Assembly (NCBI GenBank): GCA_020621985.1
Contig: JAHRYS010000002.1
Coordinates: 241,730-305,729 of the forward strand
From: Candidatus Ferrigenium altingense
GTDB taxonomy: Bacteria; Pseudomonadota; Gammaproteobacteria; Burkholderiales; Gallionellaceae
Reading direction: 5' to 3'
Length of the DNA: 64,000 bases
Below are positions 41,221-52,121 of the stretch, one piece after another. The translations under genes and the position numbers were made by a program. The notes under the pieces were generated by a model. That model saw nothing but the letters and a program-made list of their open reading frames with translations, was not told the DNA's origin and did no database searches. Each line of letters begins with the position of its first letter. Position 1 is the stretch's first letter.

Positions 41221-42235
41221 CGCGCTGCAAGTTCTTTCCAACTCCGGAAAGCCGTTAACCACGGCAACTCCCAACGCGCCAAAACCGGTTCCCAATTTGG
41301 AACTCGGGCAGCAATTGCAGGGCACTGTCCAAGACAAAATAAGCGAGGGTTTGTTCAAGGTGCAGGTTGCCGGCCAGACACTCCAGATGCGCCTGCCCGG
41401 CAATATTCAGAGCGGCGATACAATCAGGCTTCAGGTGATTTCGCTACAGCCAAAAATTACATTCGGCATGGTCGCATCAACTAATCCGCTTTCGACTCCC
41501 GAGCAAATCGGCACGGCGGCACGATTGCTTTCCAACCTTGCGGAGCGGCCAATCGAAAGGCCGGTTGTCCAGCAACTCGGCAACAAGGCGGTTTGGCCGG
41601 CTGAGCAACAAGCGCCGGATACCAAACTGCTGGCCGCAGGGCTGCGTGAAACGCTCGGCAAAAGCGGCCTGTTCTATGAATCGCATCAGGCGCAGTGGGT
41701 ACGCGGGGAGCGCAGCATCAATCAATTGCTGGATGAACCGCAAAACCGGCTGACCGGGAAGGCTTCGCCGCTACCTGCCGGTGACCCGCGTGCCGCAGCC
41801 GATAATGCTGCCGCAGTGCGAGGGCAAGCCGACATTCCGGCGCAAGCCAAAGTAGCCGGCGATACTGCTCAGCCGATAGCCAAAGAGCTGGTGAATCTGG
41901 TGCAGCAGCAACTGCATACCCTGGAGCAGCATCATCTGGTGTGGATGGGCCAAGTCTGGCCCGGGCAGCAGATGCAGTGGGAAATTCAGGGGCAGCCGGA
42001 ACGCCAATCACGGCAGCAGGATGAACGCCAGTGGAGCACCGAAGTGGAATTGTCTTTGCCCAGCCTGGGTGATGTCCATGCCCGTCTGGTGTTTGCCGAA
42101 AGCGGCCTGCGGATGACGTTGCGCGCGGCAGATCCGGCTGCGGTCGGCGTGTTCAACCGCGCTCTGCCCAAACTTAAAAATTCGCTTGCCGATGCCGGTG
42201 TCATGCTGGCCGCCGCTGTGGTGGAGAAATCGTGA
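41198..42235 (+). CDS. Flagellar hook-length control FliK-like protein
   Basis: SGLFYESHQAQW, W.GQVWPGQ.MQWEI and W.T...LP.LG.V; typical position between fliT and the flhB-like gene. Confidence 0.8.
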   Translation: MLPANVISALQVLSNSGKPLTTATPNAPKPVPNLELGQQLQGTVQDKISEGLFKVQVAGQTLQMRLPGNIQSGDTIRLQVISLQPKITFGMVASTNPLSTPEQIGTAARLLSNLAERPIERPVVQQLGNKAVWPAEQQAPDTKLLAAGLRETLGKSGLFYESHQAQWVRGERSINQLLDEPQNRLTGKASPLPAGDPRAAADNAAAVRGQADIPAQAKVAGDTAQPIAKELVNLVQQQLHTLEQHHLVWMGQVWPGQQMQWEIQGQPERQSRQQDERQWSTEVELSLPSLGDVHARLVFAESGLRMTLRAADPAAVGVFNRALPKLKNSLADAGVMLAAAVVEKS

Positions 42236-42537
42236 AGCAAGGCAATCTCACACCGCAGCAAGTCGCCGTCGCGCTGACCTACGGCAAGAACCAGGGAGGC
42301 GCGCCGAAAGTGGTTGCCAAAGGGCGCGGGATGATCGCCCAGGCGATCATCGAACGCGCCAAACAACACGACATCTATGTGCATGAATCCGGAGATTTGG
42401 TCGGGCTGTTAATGCAAGTCGAACTCGATCAGGAAATTCCCCCGCAGCTTTATTTGGCTGTGGCCGAACTGCTGGCTTGGCTGTACCAGTTGGAACATGC
42501 GGAGACTCCAGCTATCCTGCCTAAGGTAAAACCATAG
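42232..42537 (+). CDS. FlhB C-terminal-like (EscU/YscU family) small protein
   Basis: AVALTY..APKVVAKGRG and EIPPQLY.AVAELLAW. Confidence 0.9.
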   Translation: MKQGNLTPQQVAVALTYGKNQGGAPKVVAKGRGMIAQAIIERAKQHDIYVHESGDLVGLLMQVELDQEIPPQLYLAVAELLAWLYQLEHAETPAILPKVKP

Positions 42538-42602
42538 CCTTGTTATCATGCGCGCCGGATTTTGCTATCATTGTAAGATGTCATCCGATTACCATTTGAA
42601 AT

Positions 42603-43355
42603 ATGCAAGCAAATATCCAACTAACGATTGAAACGCTCACCGATGCGGAGGAGAAGGGGTGCCGCGTCACTTCTGCGCGGCAAATTCAATCAATATTGCG
42701 CAACATCTCGGAAAACGGGTTGCACACCGCACTTTATTACGATGACGCACAGGATTTCATCATGTCTTCCCTGCTGGATGTCGACGATAAAGGGTTTTGG
42801 GTGGAGCAAGGCGTTGATATGCCAAAAAATCGGCGCGTTGTAGAAAGCAAAAAAATCACCTTGGTCAGTTCGCTTGATCAAGTCAAAATACAACTGTCGG
42901 TTGACAAAATTCAGGCGGTAACGCATCAGGGCTACCCGGCCTTTTACCTGCCATTGCCGTCCAGCCTCTGTCGCATACAACGCCGCGAATATTACCGGCT
43001 CATGTTCTCACTTTCAGAGCGTTTGCGTTGCGTTATACCAATAAGCAAACAGCAGGGTGGAGGCCAGATCGAGGTGCCTATCATGGACATCAGCGGCGGC
43101 GGGGTGAGGTTGTTCTATACGGACAACGTTGTTGGGTTTGAGCCAGAGGAAGTTTATGCCGGCTGCCAGATCAACCTGCCGGAAGTGGGTAAACTCAACG
43201 TCACGCTCATAGTGAAAAACCTGGTTTCGATATCCCCAAAACCAGAACAAACGATCAAACGTGTTGGATGTGAATTCAAGGATCTCGACAATGCTTCCAA
43301 TATCATGCTGCAACGCTACATAACAAAAATGCAGCGTGCAAAAAATGATGCCTGA
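42603..43355 (+). CDS. ycgR: Flagellar brake protein YcgR (PilZ)
   Basis: QRREYYR (RxxxR), DISGGG and VGCEF. Confidence 0.85.
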   Translation: MQANIQLTIETLTDAEEKGCRVTSARQIQSILRNISENGLHTALYYDDAQDFIMSSLLDVDDKGFWVEQGVDMPKNRRVVESKKITLVSSLDQVKIQLSVDKIQAVTHQGYPAFYLPLPSSLCRIQRREYYRLMFSLSERLRCVIPISKQQGGGQIEVPIMDISGGGVRLFYTDNVVGFEPEEVYAGCQINLPEVGKLNVTLIVKNLVSISPKPEQTIKRVGCEFKDLDNASNIMLQRYITKMQRAKNDA

Positions 43356-43468
43356 TTCAATTTCTCAATCAACAGTGAAATGCCGCTGCGTGTATGGATG
43401 CCGCTGTTTTGAAAAATAAATGGAATAAATTCTCGGCCAATTGCCGTTTCTGCAGCACTGTTGTTTAA

Positions 43469-44221
43469 ATGCAAAAAAACATTCCGCTAAATATCGAAAG
43501 TCTTTCCGAAGAGCAGGGGAGCGAATGCCGCATCATTTCTGTGCGGCAAATTCAATCCTTATTGCGCAACATCTCAGAAACCAGCTCGCGCGTTGCACTT
43601 TATTACGATGACGAGCAGGATTTCATCATGACTTCCCTGCTGGATGTCGGCGATAAAGGGTTTTGGGTGGAACAAAGCACGGATATGCCAAAAAATCGGC
43701 GCGTCGCCGAAACTAGGAAGATCACGCTGGTCAGCTCGCTTAACCAGGTCAAGGTTCAATTTTCTGTTAACGAAATTCGTGCAGTGACGCACCAGGGCTA
43801 TCCGGCTTTTTACCTGCCATTGCCGGCCAGCCTCTACCGCATCCAGCGCCGCGAGCATTTTCGGCTCGCACTTCCCCATTCCGAGCGCCTGCATTGTGTT
43901 ATACCAATAAACCACCTGCAGGCGGGGGGACGGATTGAACTGCCTGTCATGGACATCAGTGGCGGCGGGATGAGGCTGTCATGCGCGGAGGACAATATTG
44001 AGTTTGAGCCTGGGCAAACTTATGCCGGTTGCCAGATCAACCTGCCTGAAGTGGGCAAAATCAACGTCACGATAATTGTGAAAAGCCTGGTTTTGATATC
44101 ACCCAAACCTGGGCAAACGATCAAACGTGTCGGGTGCGAATTCAAGAATCTCGACAACGCTTCCAGTATCCTGCTACAGCATTATGTGACAAAGATGCAG
44201 CGATTAAAAACTGACACATAA
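43469..44221 (+). CDS. ycgR: Flagellar brake protein YcgR paralog
   Basis: QRREHFR, DISGGG and VGCEF; same length as the first copy. Confidence 0.85.
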   Translation: MQKNIPLNIESLSEEQGSECRIISVRQIQSLLRNISETSSRVALYYDDEQDFIMTSLLDVGDKGFWVEQSTDMPKNRRVAETRKITLVSSLNQVKVQFSVNEIRAVTHQGYPAFYLPLPASLYRIQRREHFRLALPHSERLHCVIPINHLQAGGRIELPVMDISGGGMRLSCAEDNIEFEPGQTYAGCQINLPEVGKINVTIIVKSLVLISPKPGQTIKRVGCEFKNLDNASSILLQHYVTKMQRLKTDT

Positions 44222-44419
44222 AGCGCCCAAAAGCGGTTGGCGACAGGAGGCTTTGGAATTCAGGGCTCTTGGGGCGCGTTTTGCAGGCCGAACTTTAGCC
44301 GCATGCCAATCTGGGGCTTGGTTTTCCGGTTTTTCATGGCCTGTCCGGTTTGGGGATAAATCAGGTTTGCACATATTTTGCCGGCTACTCGAAAAACTCC
44401 CGCTGTTATAATGCGCCGC

Positions 44420-45406
44420 ATGAATAAGCATATTTCCGCCGCGCCGCGCGCACTCAATCTTGCCCGCGAAGTTTTGAGCATCGAAGCTGCCGCCGTCCAG
44501 GCTCTCGCCACACGTCTCGATGAGAGTTTCCTGCATGCGCTTGATGTGGTCCTGCGCTGCGAAGGGCGCGTCATCGTCAGCGGCATGGGCAAGTCCGGGC
44601 ATATCGCGCGCAAGATTGCAGCGACCCTGTCCAGCACCGGAACGCCCGCCTATTTTGTCCATCCCGGTGAAGCCAGCCACGGAGATCTCGGCATGATCAC
44701 CAGTGCGGATGTCATCATCGCGTTATCCTATTCCGGCGAGAGTCAGGAGCTGATGGCCATCGTGCCGGCCATCAAACGGCAGGGTGCCAAACTTATCAGC
44801 ATGACCGGCAATCCCGCATCCAGCTTGGCCAAGGTTGCCGATGTGCATCTCAATTCGGCGGTGGACAAAGAGGCTTGCCCGATGGGTTTGGCGCCCACCG
44901 CCAGCACCACGGCGGCGTTGGCGCTGGGCGATGCGCTGGCGGTGGCATTGCTGGATGCCAAAGGTTTTGGTGCGGAGGATTTTGCGCGCTCGCATCCGGG
45001 CGGCAATCTGGGGAGGCGTTTGCTTACCCATGTGTGCGACATCATGCGCAGCGGCGAGCGCTTGCCGATGGTGCATGAAAACGCGATGTTGAGCGACGCG
45101 ATCCTGGAAATTTCGAAAAAAGGCGTGGGCATGACCGCTATCGTGGATGCCGGGCAGCGCGTACTGGGCATTTATACCGACGGCGATTTGCGCCGCACGC
45201 TGGAGAAGAAGCTGGATTTCAATGCCACGCCGGTGCGCAGCGTGATGTCCGCCAACCCGCGCTGTATCGCCCCGGATGCGCTGGCCGCCGAAGCGGTGCA
45301 GATGATGGAGCAATACAATATCAGTCAGATGTTGGTGGTGGACGGGCAGCATAAGCTGGTCGGCGCGCTCAACATGCACGATCTGTTGCATGCCAAAGTC
45401 ATTTAG
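44420..45406 (+). CDS. kdsD: Arabinose-5-phosphate isomerase (KpsF/GutQ)
   Basis: GMGKSGHI, HPGEASHGDLG, APTASTT and a CBS domain pair. Confidence 0.95.
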   Translation: MNKHISAAPRALNLAREVLSIEAAAVQALATRLDESFLHALDVVLRCEGRVIVSGMGKSGHIARKIAATLSSTGTPAYFVHPGEASHGDLGMITSADVIIALSYSGESQELMAIVPAIKRQGAKLISMTGNPASSLAKVADVHLNSAVDKEACPMGLAPTASTTAALALGDALAVALLDAKGFGAEDFARSHPGGNLGRRLLTHVCDIMRSGERLPMVHENAMLSDAILEISKKGVGMTAIVDAGQRVLGIYTDGDLRRTLEKKLDFNATPVRSVMSANPRCIAPDALAAEAVQMMEQYNISQMLVVDGQHKLVGALNMHDLLHAKVI

Positions 45407-45418
45407 GGGAGGAGAAAT

Positions 45419-45937
45419 ATGCTGCTGAGCCGTGCCAAACTGATCCGCCTGATGGCCTTTGATGTCGATGGCGTAATGACTGACGGCGGACTGTTTCTGT
45501 CCGATTCCGGCGAGGAATTCAAACGTTTCAATTCACTGGACGGGCATGGCCTGAAAATGCTGCGCGCCAGCGGGGTGGAGGTTGCCATCATCACCGGGCG
45601 CACTTCGCGCTGCGTCGCGGCACGCGCACAGAACCTGGGCATCGCGCATGTCTTTCAGGGCGTGGAGAATAAACTCGAAACGATGCTCGAGCTGCTCAAC
45701 ATGCTCAAACTGCCGCGTGATGCCGCCGCCTATATGGGCGATGATGTGGTCGACCTGACGGTAATGCGCCATGTCGGGCTGTCGATCAGCGTGCCGGAAT
45801 CCCCGCGGCTGGTGCGCGAACATTCCGACTATGTGACGCAATGCAGTGGCGGGCATGGCGCGGTGCGCGAAGCCTGCGAGCTGATCATGTCGGCGCAAGG
45901 CACGCTGGACGCTCAGCTGGCCCCATACCTTAAATGA
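45419..45937 (+). CDS. kdsC: KDO-8-phosphate phosphatase
   Basis: FDVDGVMTDG, IITGR, YMGDD and GGHGAVRE. Confidence 0.95.
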   Translation: MLLSRAKLIRLMAFDVDGVMTDGGLFLSDSGEEFKRFNSLDGHGLKMLRASGVEVAIITGRTSRCVAARAQNLGIAHVFQGVENKLETMLELLNMLKLPRDAAAYMGDDVVDLTVMRHVGLSISVPESPRLVREHSDYVTQCSGGHGAVREACELIMSAQGTLDAQLAPYLK

Positions 45938-46515
45938 CCTTTGCCTCACGCGCCCGTTACTGGTTGCCGCTGTTTCCCATGCTGGGCTTGCTGGGCGTTA
46001 CTTATTGGCTGAACCAGCAGGTGCAGCCGGAGCCGGCCAAACCGGATAGCAGCAAACGCCACGACCCCGATGCGATCATGGAAAATTTTTCTGCCATCAG
46101 GCTGAACGAGCAGGGTGCGCCGCGCTTCATCATGGCCGCGAAAAAAATGCAGCATTACCCGGATGACGACAGCACGACGCTGGAGGTGCCGCGCCTAACC
46201 TCGCTGTCCGCAGAGCAACCGGCAATACACATTGTCGCCAGGCAGGGCATGGTTTCCAGAAGGGGCGACGAGGTATTCCTGCACCACGATGTCGAAGTGC
46301 TGCGCGAGGCAAGCGCGCAGCGTGAGGAGCTCACGCTGTACACCGAATATCTGCACATCATTCCGGATCGTGATTGGGCGGACACCGACCGTGCCGTCAC
46401 TATTGTGGACGCACATAATACGGTGAATGCGATAGGCCTGGAAATGGACAACAAGGCGCGCACCCTGAAATTGATTTCACAAGTAAGAAGCGAACATGTG
46501 CCCAGCAAAAAATAA
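45934..46515 (+). CDS. lptC: LPS export protein LptC
   Basis: N-terminal TM helix, H.PD and HYPDDD; operon position. Confidence 0.88.
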   Translation: MTFASRARYWLPLFPMLGLLGVTYWLNQQVQPEPAKPDSSKRHDPDAIMENFSAIRLNEQGAPRFIMAAKKMQHYPDDDSTTLEVPRLTSLSAEQPAIHIVARQGMVSRRGDEVFLHHDVEVLREASAQREELTLYTEYLHIIPDRDWADTDRAVTIVDAHNTVNAIGLEMDNKARTLKLISQVRSEHVPSKK

Positions 46516-47083
46516 ATTTCTGTTAGCCTCCTTGTTGTTGCTTTGCGCCCCGGCCTGCTTTGCCGAACGCGCCGACCGCGACAAGCCGTTGCATCTGGAG
46601 GCAGACCAGATGTTGGTTGACGATGCGCAGCAGATCAGCACCTTCACCGGCAACGTGAAATTGACCCAGGGCACGATGGTGATACGCGGCGACAAGATCG
46701 TGGTGGTGCAGGACAAGGAAGGCTTCAAGCACGGCACGGCTTATGGCAATACCGCCAGTTTCCGGCAAAAACGCGAGGGGCTGGATGAATATGTGGATGG
46801 GTATGGCGAGCGCATCGAGTATGACACGCGCGCCGAGACGGTAGATTTCTATGTAAGAGCGCGCCTCAAGCGCGAACTGGATGAGGTGCGCGGCGAGCAC
46901 ATTACCTATAGCCAGAAGACTGAAATTTTTCATGTGAACAGCAGCGGCGTGAATCCGGAAAATGAGCCGCCGAAACGGGTGCGCGCCATACTGCAACCCA
47001 AGCCTAAACAGGGCGCGACGCCGCCTTCTGCGCCGGATACGTTGCCGATCAAATCCAGCGAAACTTTGCCGTCCGCAGATTGA
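46496..47083 (+). CDS. lptA: LPS transport periplasmic protein LptA
   Basis: AERADRDKP..LEAD and FTGNV.LTQGT. Confidence 0.92.
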   Translation: MCPAKNKFLLASLLLLCAPACFAERADRDKPLHLEADQMLVDDAQQISTFTGNVKLTQGTMVIRGDKIVVVQDKEGFKHGTAYGNTASFRQKREGLDEYVDGYGERIEYDTRAETVDFYVRARLKRELDEVRGEHITYSQKTEIFHVNSSGVNPENEPPKRVRAILQPKPKQGATPPSAPDTLPIKSSETLPSAD

Positions 47084-47134
47084 ACACGCTTTATAAAATG
47101 ACGCCGGCCATGATCATAGGAAAAAGCAGCGGGC

Positions 47135-47220
47135 GTAGCCCGGATGGAATGCAATGGAATCCGGGGCGTTCTTGGGTACGCCTTTATTCTCCGGATTCCG
47201 CTCCGCTTCATTCGGGCTAC
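47135..47220. repeat. REP doublet between lptA and lptB
   Basis: GTAGCCCGGATGGAATGCAATGGAATCCGGGG...CCGGATTCCGCTCCGCTTCATTCGGGCTAC. Confidence 0.8.
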
Positions 47221-47264
47221 GTTATGCCCGGCAAGGTTTATGAAACATTTTTCGGGTTTGTGTG

Positions 47265-47987
47265 ATGAGTGAATTGCGTGCGGTTGGCCTTAATAAAAAG
47301 TACGGTTCGCGCACTGTGGTGCATGATGTGTCGCTGTCGCTGAAGAGCGGGGAGGTGGCCGGCCTGCTTGGCCCGAACGGTGCCGGCAAGACAACTTCGT
47401 TCTACATGATCGTGGGGCTGATCGCGGCCGATGGCGGCGAGATTTTCATCGACGACCAAAACATCACTCACTTGCCGATACACCGCCGCGCACGCCTGGG
47501 ACTGGGCTATCTGCCGCAGGAAGCCTCGATCTTCCGCCGCCTGACCGTAGCGCAAAATATTCAGGCAGTGCTGGAACTGCAAGATCTTTCCGATGACGAT
47601 CTGAAAAATCGTCTGGAAGAGTTGCTGGAAGACCTGCACATCACGCATATCCGCGACAATCCCGCCATCAGCCTGTCCGGCGGCGAGCGGCGGCGCGCGG
47701 AAATCGCGCGCGCGCTGGCGACCGACCCGCGTTTCATTCTGCTCGATGAGCCGTTCGCCGGCGTAGACCCTATTGCCGTGCTGGATATCCAGAAAATCAT
47801 CCGCTTTCTCAAGGAACGCAATATCGGCGTATTGATCACCGACCACAATGTGCGCGAAACGCTGGGCATCTGCGACCGTGCCTACATTATCAATGCCGGA
47901 TCGGTGATGGCGGAAGGCAAGCCGGACGAAATCATTTATAATGAGAGCGTAAGGAAAGTATATCTGGGTGAGCACTTCAAGCTGTGA
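47265..47987 (+). CDS. lptB: LPS export ABC ATPase
   Basis: [37 protein letters not shown] and ITDHNVRE. Confidence 0.97.
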   Translation: MSELRAVGLNKKYGSRTVVHDVSLSLKSGEVAGLLGPNGAGKTTSFYMIVGLIAADGGEIFIDDQNITHLPIHRRARLGLGYLPQEASIFRRLTVAQNIQAVLELQDLSDDDLKNRLEELLEDLHITHIRDNPAISLSGGERRRAEIARALATDPRFILLDEPFAGVDPIAVLDIQKIIRFLKERNIGVLITDHNVRETLGICDRAYIINAGSVMAEGKPDEIIYNESVRKVYLGEHFKL

Positions 47988-48018
47988 CGCGAAGGTACCC
48001 CGGATATGACACCAGGCA

Positions 48019-49464
48019 ATGAAACCCGCTCTCCAATTAAAGCTGTCGCAGCAACTAACGCTCACCCCGCAGTTGCAGCAGGCTATCCGTTTGTTACAGC
48101 TCTCCACGCAGGACATTCATCAGGAAGTTGCACAAATGCTGGATGAAAACCCCATGCTGGAATTGGCTGAAGAATCCGCGCTGGGCGCTTTTGCTCCTGA
48201 ACTTCCCTCTCCGGTCTCGCGCAATAACGATACCGTCGAACCAGACCATGCCAACGATCGCGGCACCGACGACCGCGGCGCGGACGATTTTGGCAATGAA
48301 CAGGCGGATTGGAATACCGGGGGCGGCACGGCGTACAGCACGGACGATGAGGACGAAACCTACCCCGAACAGGCCGCCGAGCAAGCCAGCCTGCGCGAAT
48401 ATTTGCATAATCAGTTGGCCATCAGTTCGCTGGATGGCAAAGATCGCAGGGTGGTCGGTTTGCTGATCGATGCGTTGGATGAAAACGGCTATCTGGCGCA
48501 AGACTTGGGCGAGCTGGCGGAACTGTTGCCCGCCGAGCTCGACATCACGCTGGACGATCTGGAAACTGCGCTGGTGCAGCTGCAGCACCTCGATCAGCCC
48601 GGCCTCGGCGCGCGCAATCTGGGCGAATGTCTGGCATTGCAACTCAAGGCATTGCCGGAAGATACGCCGCAGCGCGATCTGGCGATCCATCTGGTGAGCA
48701 ATCATCTGGAGGCGCTTGCAGCGCACGATTATGCCAGGATCAAAAAACTGCTGCGCTGCACGGACGATGAATTGCGCGCCGCGCAGCATTTGATCGTGGA
48801 CTCGAACCCCAAACCGGGCGCGGAATTCGACCGAAGCGTCGCCGATTACGTGGTGCCCGATGTCATCGTGGAGAAGCACAGGGATAAATGGCTTGTGCGG
48901 CTCAATGCGGAAGCCATGCCCAAACTGCGCGTAAACCAGATTTACGCCAATATCCTGCAACAGCGCGATGGCAAAAGCCCCTCGCAGCTTGCCACGCAAT
49001 TGCAGGAAGCGAAATGGTTGATCAAGAACTTGCAGCAGCGTTTCGAAACCATCCTGCGGGTTGCACAAGCGATCGTTGAGCGGCAGGGTAATTTTTTCGA
49101 GCACGGCGAGATCGGTATGCGCCCGCTGGTGTTGCGCGAAATTGCCGATGCGCTGGAACTGCATGAATCCACGGTATCGCGCAGCACCACGCAAAAATTC
49201 ATGCTGACCCCGCGCGGCATATACGAATTCAAGTATTTTTTTGGCAGCGGCCTGTCCACGGAAAGCGGCGGCACCTGTTCTTCCACCGCAATACGCGAGT
49301 TGATCAAGCAACTGGTCAGCGCGGAAGATACACGCAAACCGCTTACCGACAGCCGCATGTCGGAAATTTTGGCACAGCAGGGCATCGTCGTCGCCCGGCG
49401 TACCATAGCAAAATACCGGGAAGCATTGCGCATACTCCCGGTGAATCTCCGTAAATCACTTTAA
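48019..49464 (+). CDS. rpoN: RNA polymerase sigma-54 factor
   Basis: LTPQLQQAIRLLQL, LHESTVSR and the ARRTIAKYRE RpoN box. Confidence 0.97.
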   Translation: MKPALQLKLSQQLTLTPQLQQAIRLLQLSTQDIHQEVAQMLDENPMLELAEESALGAFAPELPSPVSRNNDTVEPDHANDRGTDDRGADDFGNEQADWNTGGGTAYSTDDEDETYPEQAAEQASLREYLHNQLAISSLDGKDRRVVGLLIDALDENGYLAQDLGELAELLPAELDITLDDLETALVQLQHLDQPGLGARNLGECLALQLKALPEDTPQRDLAIHLVSNHLEALAAHDYARIKKLLRCTDDELRAAQHLIVDSNPKPGAEFDRSVADYVVPDVIVEKHRDKWLVRLNAEAMPKLRVNQIYANILQQRDGKSPSQLATQLQEAKWLIKNLQQRFETILRVAQAIVERQGNFFEHGEIGMRPLVLREIADALELHESTVSRSTTQKFMLTPRGIYEFKYFFGSGLSTESGGTCSSTAIRELIKQLVSAEDTRKPLTDSRMSEILAQQGIVVARRTIAKYREALRILPVNLRKSL

Positions 49465-49478
49465 ATAAGGAGCAAGAC

Positions 49479-49805
49479 ATGAACATCCATCTAACCGGAC
49501 GCCATCTGGAAATCACCCCCGCCATCCGAGACTATGCGACCGGCAAAATCGGCAAGATCAAACGCCATTTCGACAATGTGATCGACGTGAATATCATTCT
49601 TTCCGTTGAAAAACTGAAACAAAAAGCCGAAGCTACCATCCACATCAGCGGCAAGGATGTCTTCGTGGAATGCGAAGACGAGAACCTGTACGCGGCGATC
49701 GACGCGCTGGTGGACAAGCTGGACCGCCAGGTGATGAAGCACAAGGAAAAACTGTCGGCGCGGCGCCATGACGATTCCGGCAAACACGTTGCAGCAGAAG
49801 AGTAA
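49479..49805 (+). CDS. hpf: Ribosome hibernation promoting factor
   Basis: TGRHLEITPA and LYAAID.LVDKLDRQ. Confidence 0.95.
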   Translation: MNIHLTGRHLEITPAIRDYATGKIGKIKRHFDNVIDVNIILSVEKLKQKAEATIHISGKDVFVECEDENLYAAIDALVDKLDRQVMKHKEKLSARRHDDSGKHVAAEE

Positions 49806-49810
49806 TCAAC

Positions 49811-49840
49811 AAGGGCGGCAGCAGTGCCGCCCATTTTTAT
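49811..49840 (+). terminator. Hairpin/terminator after hpf
   Basis: GGGCGGCA-GCAG-TGCCGCCC followed by ATTTTT. Confidence 0.65.
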
Positions 49841-49852
49841 GCGACTTTCATA

Positions 49853-50314
49853 ATGAACCTGATCAGCAAAATCCTGCTGCCCGACAATATCCTGCTGGAC
49901 GCCGAGTCCACCAGCAAAAAACGTGTATTCGAGCGCGTCGGCCTGCTGTTTGAAAACAATCAGCAGATTGCGCGCAGCCAGGTGTTCGACAGCCTGTTCG
50001 CACGAGAGAAACTCGGCTCAACCGGCTTGGGGCAGGGCGTGGCGATCCCGCACGGACGTATCGCCAAGTTGCGCGAGGCGACCGCCGCATTCGTTAAAAC
50101 CTCCCATCCGATCCCGTTCGACGCGCCGGACGGCCAGCCGGTGAACCTGATTTTTGTGTTGCTGGTTCCGGAGCGCGCCACCGATTTGCACCTGCAAATC
50201 CTCGGTGAGCTGGCGCAGATGTTCAGCGATGCGCAATTCCGCAATCGCCTGCTTGCCTGCGAAGACGCCGCCAGCATCCATCAGTTGTTTTATGACTGGA
50301 ACGGCTCGGCATGA
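49853..50314 (+). CDS. ptsN: PTS EIIA(Ntr)
   Basis: REKLGSTGLG.GVAIPHGR and FDAPDGQPV. Confidence 0.95.
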   Translation: MNLISKILLPDNILLDAESTSKKRVFERVGLLFENNQQIARSQVFDSLFAREKLGSTGLGQGVAIPHGRIAKLREATAAFVKTSHPIPFDAPDGQPVNLIFVLLVPERATDLHLQILGELAQMFSDAQFRNRLLACEDAASIHQLFYDWNGSA

Positions 50315-51249
50315 GCCAGGTTAACGTCCGGCAACTCTTCGAAGACAAGCAGCAACGGCTGCAGCTCAGCCGTGTTGCCGGCACGGACGGCGCCGACCGC
50401 ATCATCGACAGCGACAAGATCAACGCCTCCAACCACGGACTCATCGGCCATCTCAACCTGATCCACCCGAATTGGGTGCAGGTGCTCAGCGAAACCGAAC
50501 TCAATTACCTGCGCAACCTGAGTGCGGAGGAACGCACCGGCGCGTTCCGGCAAATCGAGCAAAGCGTCACGACCTGTTTGATCGTGGCCGGCGCCGAAGA
50601 CATTCCGGCCGAACTGATTGCCTTCGCCGACCAATCGCAGATCCCGCTATTCCGCTCGCCCAAACCCAGCGTGCACCTGATGTGGCTGATCCGCCACTAC
50701 CTCGCCAAGGAACTGGCCGAGTCCACCACGCGCCACGGCGTGTTTCTCGATGTGCTGGGGGTCGGCGTGATCATTACCGGCGAGAGCGCGGTCGGCAAAA
50801 GCGAGCTCGGCCTGGAGTTGATCACGCGCGGTAACGGGTTGGTTGCCGACGACATCGTCGAATTGCACCGTATCGCGCCGGATACCCTGGAAGGACGCTG
50901 CCCGGAGCTGTTGCGCGATTTTCTCGAAGTGCGCGGCCTGGGTGTGTTGAACATCCGCACCATGTTCGGCGAAACGGCGGTACGGCGCAAAAAGAGCCTG
51001 AAGCTGATCGTGCATCTGCATCGCCCGCAGGGCGGCGATCTCTCGCAAATGGAACGCCTGCCGCTCAACGCCACGCATCAGGAAATTCTCGGCGTGAACA
51101 TCAGCACCGTGAATATCCCGGTGGTCGCAGGGCGCAACCTCGCGGTATTGGTGGAAGCTGCCGCGCGCAATTTTGTCATGCAACAGCGCGGCATCGACAG
51201 CATGCAGGAATTCATCACGCGGCATGACCAACTGCTGCTCGGCGACTAG
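50311..51249 (+). CDS. hprK: HPr kinase/phosphorylase
   Basis: HGV, G.S.VGKSE, LVADD, LEVRGLG and GRNLA. Confidence 0.95.
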   Translation: MSQVNVRQLFEDKQQRLQLSRVAGTDGADRIIDSDKINASNHGLIGHLNLIHPNWVQVLSETELNYLRNLSAEERTGAFRQIEQSVTTCLIVAGAEDIPAELIAFADQSQIPLFRSPKPSVHLMWLIRHYLAKELAESTTRHGVFLDVLGVGVIITGESAVGKSELGLELITRGNGLVADDIVELHRIAPDTLEGRCPELLRDFLEVRGLGVLNIRTMFGETAVRRKKSLKLIVHLHRPQGGDLSQMERLPLNATHQEILGVNISTVNIPVVAGRNLAVLVEAAARNFVMQQRGIDSMQEFITRHDQLLLGD

Positions 51250-51260
51250 CGGGAGCCTGA

Positions 51261-52121
51261 ATGCAACTCTTCCTGATCAGCGGTCTTTCCGGCTCCGGCA
51301 AGAGCGTAGCGCTCAAAACACTGGAGGATGCGGGTTTCTATTGTGTGGACAACCTGCCCGCCGAGATGCTCTCCAGCCTGGTCGAGCATCTGTTGCCCGC
51401 AGGGTATAGCAATATCGCGGTCAGCATCGATGTGCGCAGCGCCAACAGCGTGCAGAGGCTGCCTGAATTGATGCTGCAACTCATGCAAAAGAACCTTGCG
51501 GTGCATGTGCTGTTCCTGGATGCGCAAAATGACACGCTGGTGAAGCGTTTCTCCGAAACGCGCCGCCTGCATCCGCTTAGCGATGCCGCTTCCCGGGCAA
51601 ACGGTAAGCGGGGGCGCACCCTGCCCGAATGTGTCCAGTATGAGCGCGAATTGCTCGCCGAAATCAGCAGCATCGGCCATCACATCGATACCACCGAACT
51701 TAACGCCAACGCGCTGCGTGCCTGGATCAAGCAGTTCATCAAGCTGGACCGGGCGCGCCTGACGCTGCTGTTCGAGTCGTTCGGTTTCAAGCATGGCATC
51801 CCGCTGGATGCGGACCTGGTATTCGATGTGCGCTGCCTGCCCAATCCTTACTACAACCCGGTGTTGCGCCCGCTTACCGGGAACGACGCGGCGGTGGTCG
51901 AGTTTCTGGAAAACACCCCTGCCGTGCAGGACATGTTCGGCGATATTCGCAATTTCGTGGAGCGCTGGCTGCCGTGTTACGTTGCCGATAACCGCAGTTA
52001 TCTCACCGTCGCCATCGGCTGCACCGGCGGGCAGCACCGCTCGGTCTATCTCGCCGAAAAACTCGCCCGGCATTTCGAGCAGCAGCAACAAGTGCTGGTG
52101 CGCCACCGTGAACTCGCATGA
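51261..52121 (+). CDS. rapZ: RNase adaptor RapZ
   Basis: [19 protein letters not shown] and [10 protein letters not shown]. Confidence 0.95.
   Translation: MQLFLISGLSGSGKSVALKTLEDAGFYCVDNLPAEMLSSLVEHLLPAGYSNIAVSIDVRSANSVQRLPELMLQLMQKNLAVHVLFLDAQNDTLVKRFSETRRLHPLSDAASRANGKRGRTLPECVQYERELLAEISSIGHHIDTTELNANALRAWIKQFIKLDRARLTLLFESFGFKHGIPLDADLVFDVRCLPNPYYNPVLRPLTGNDAAVVEFLENTPAVQDMFGDIRNFVERWLPCYVADNRSYLTVAIGCTGGQHRSVYLAEKLARHFEQQQQVLVRHRELA

Noticed and set aside
47080-47265. 61-aa ORF bridging lptA and lptB
   Set aside because: Mostly translated REP sequence with no protein features, although incidental translational coupling cannot be excluded.
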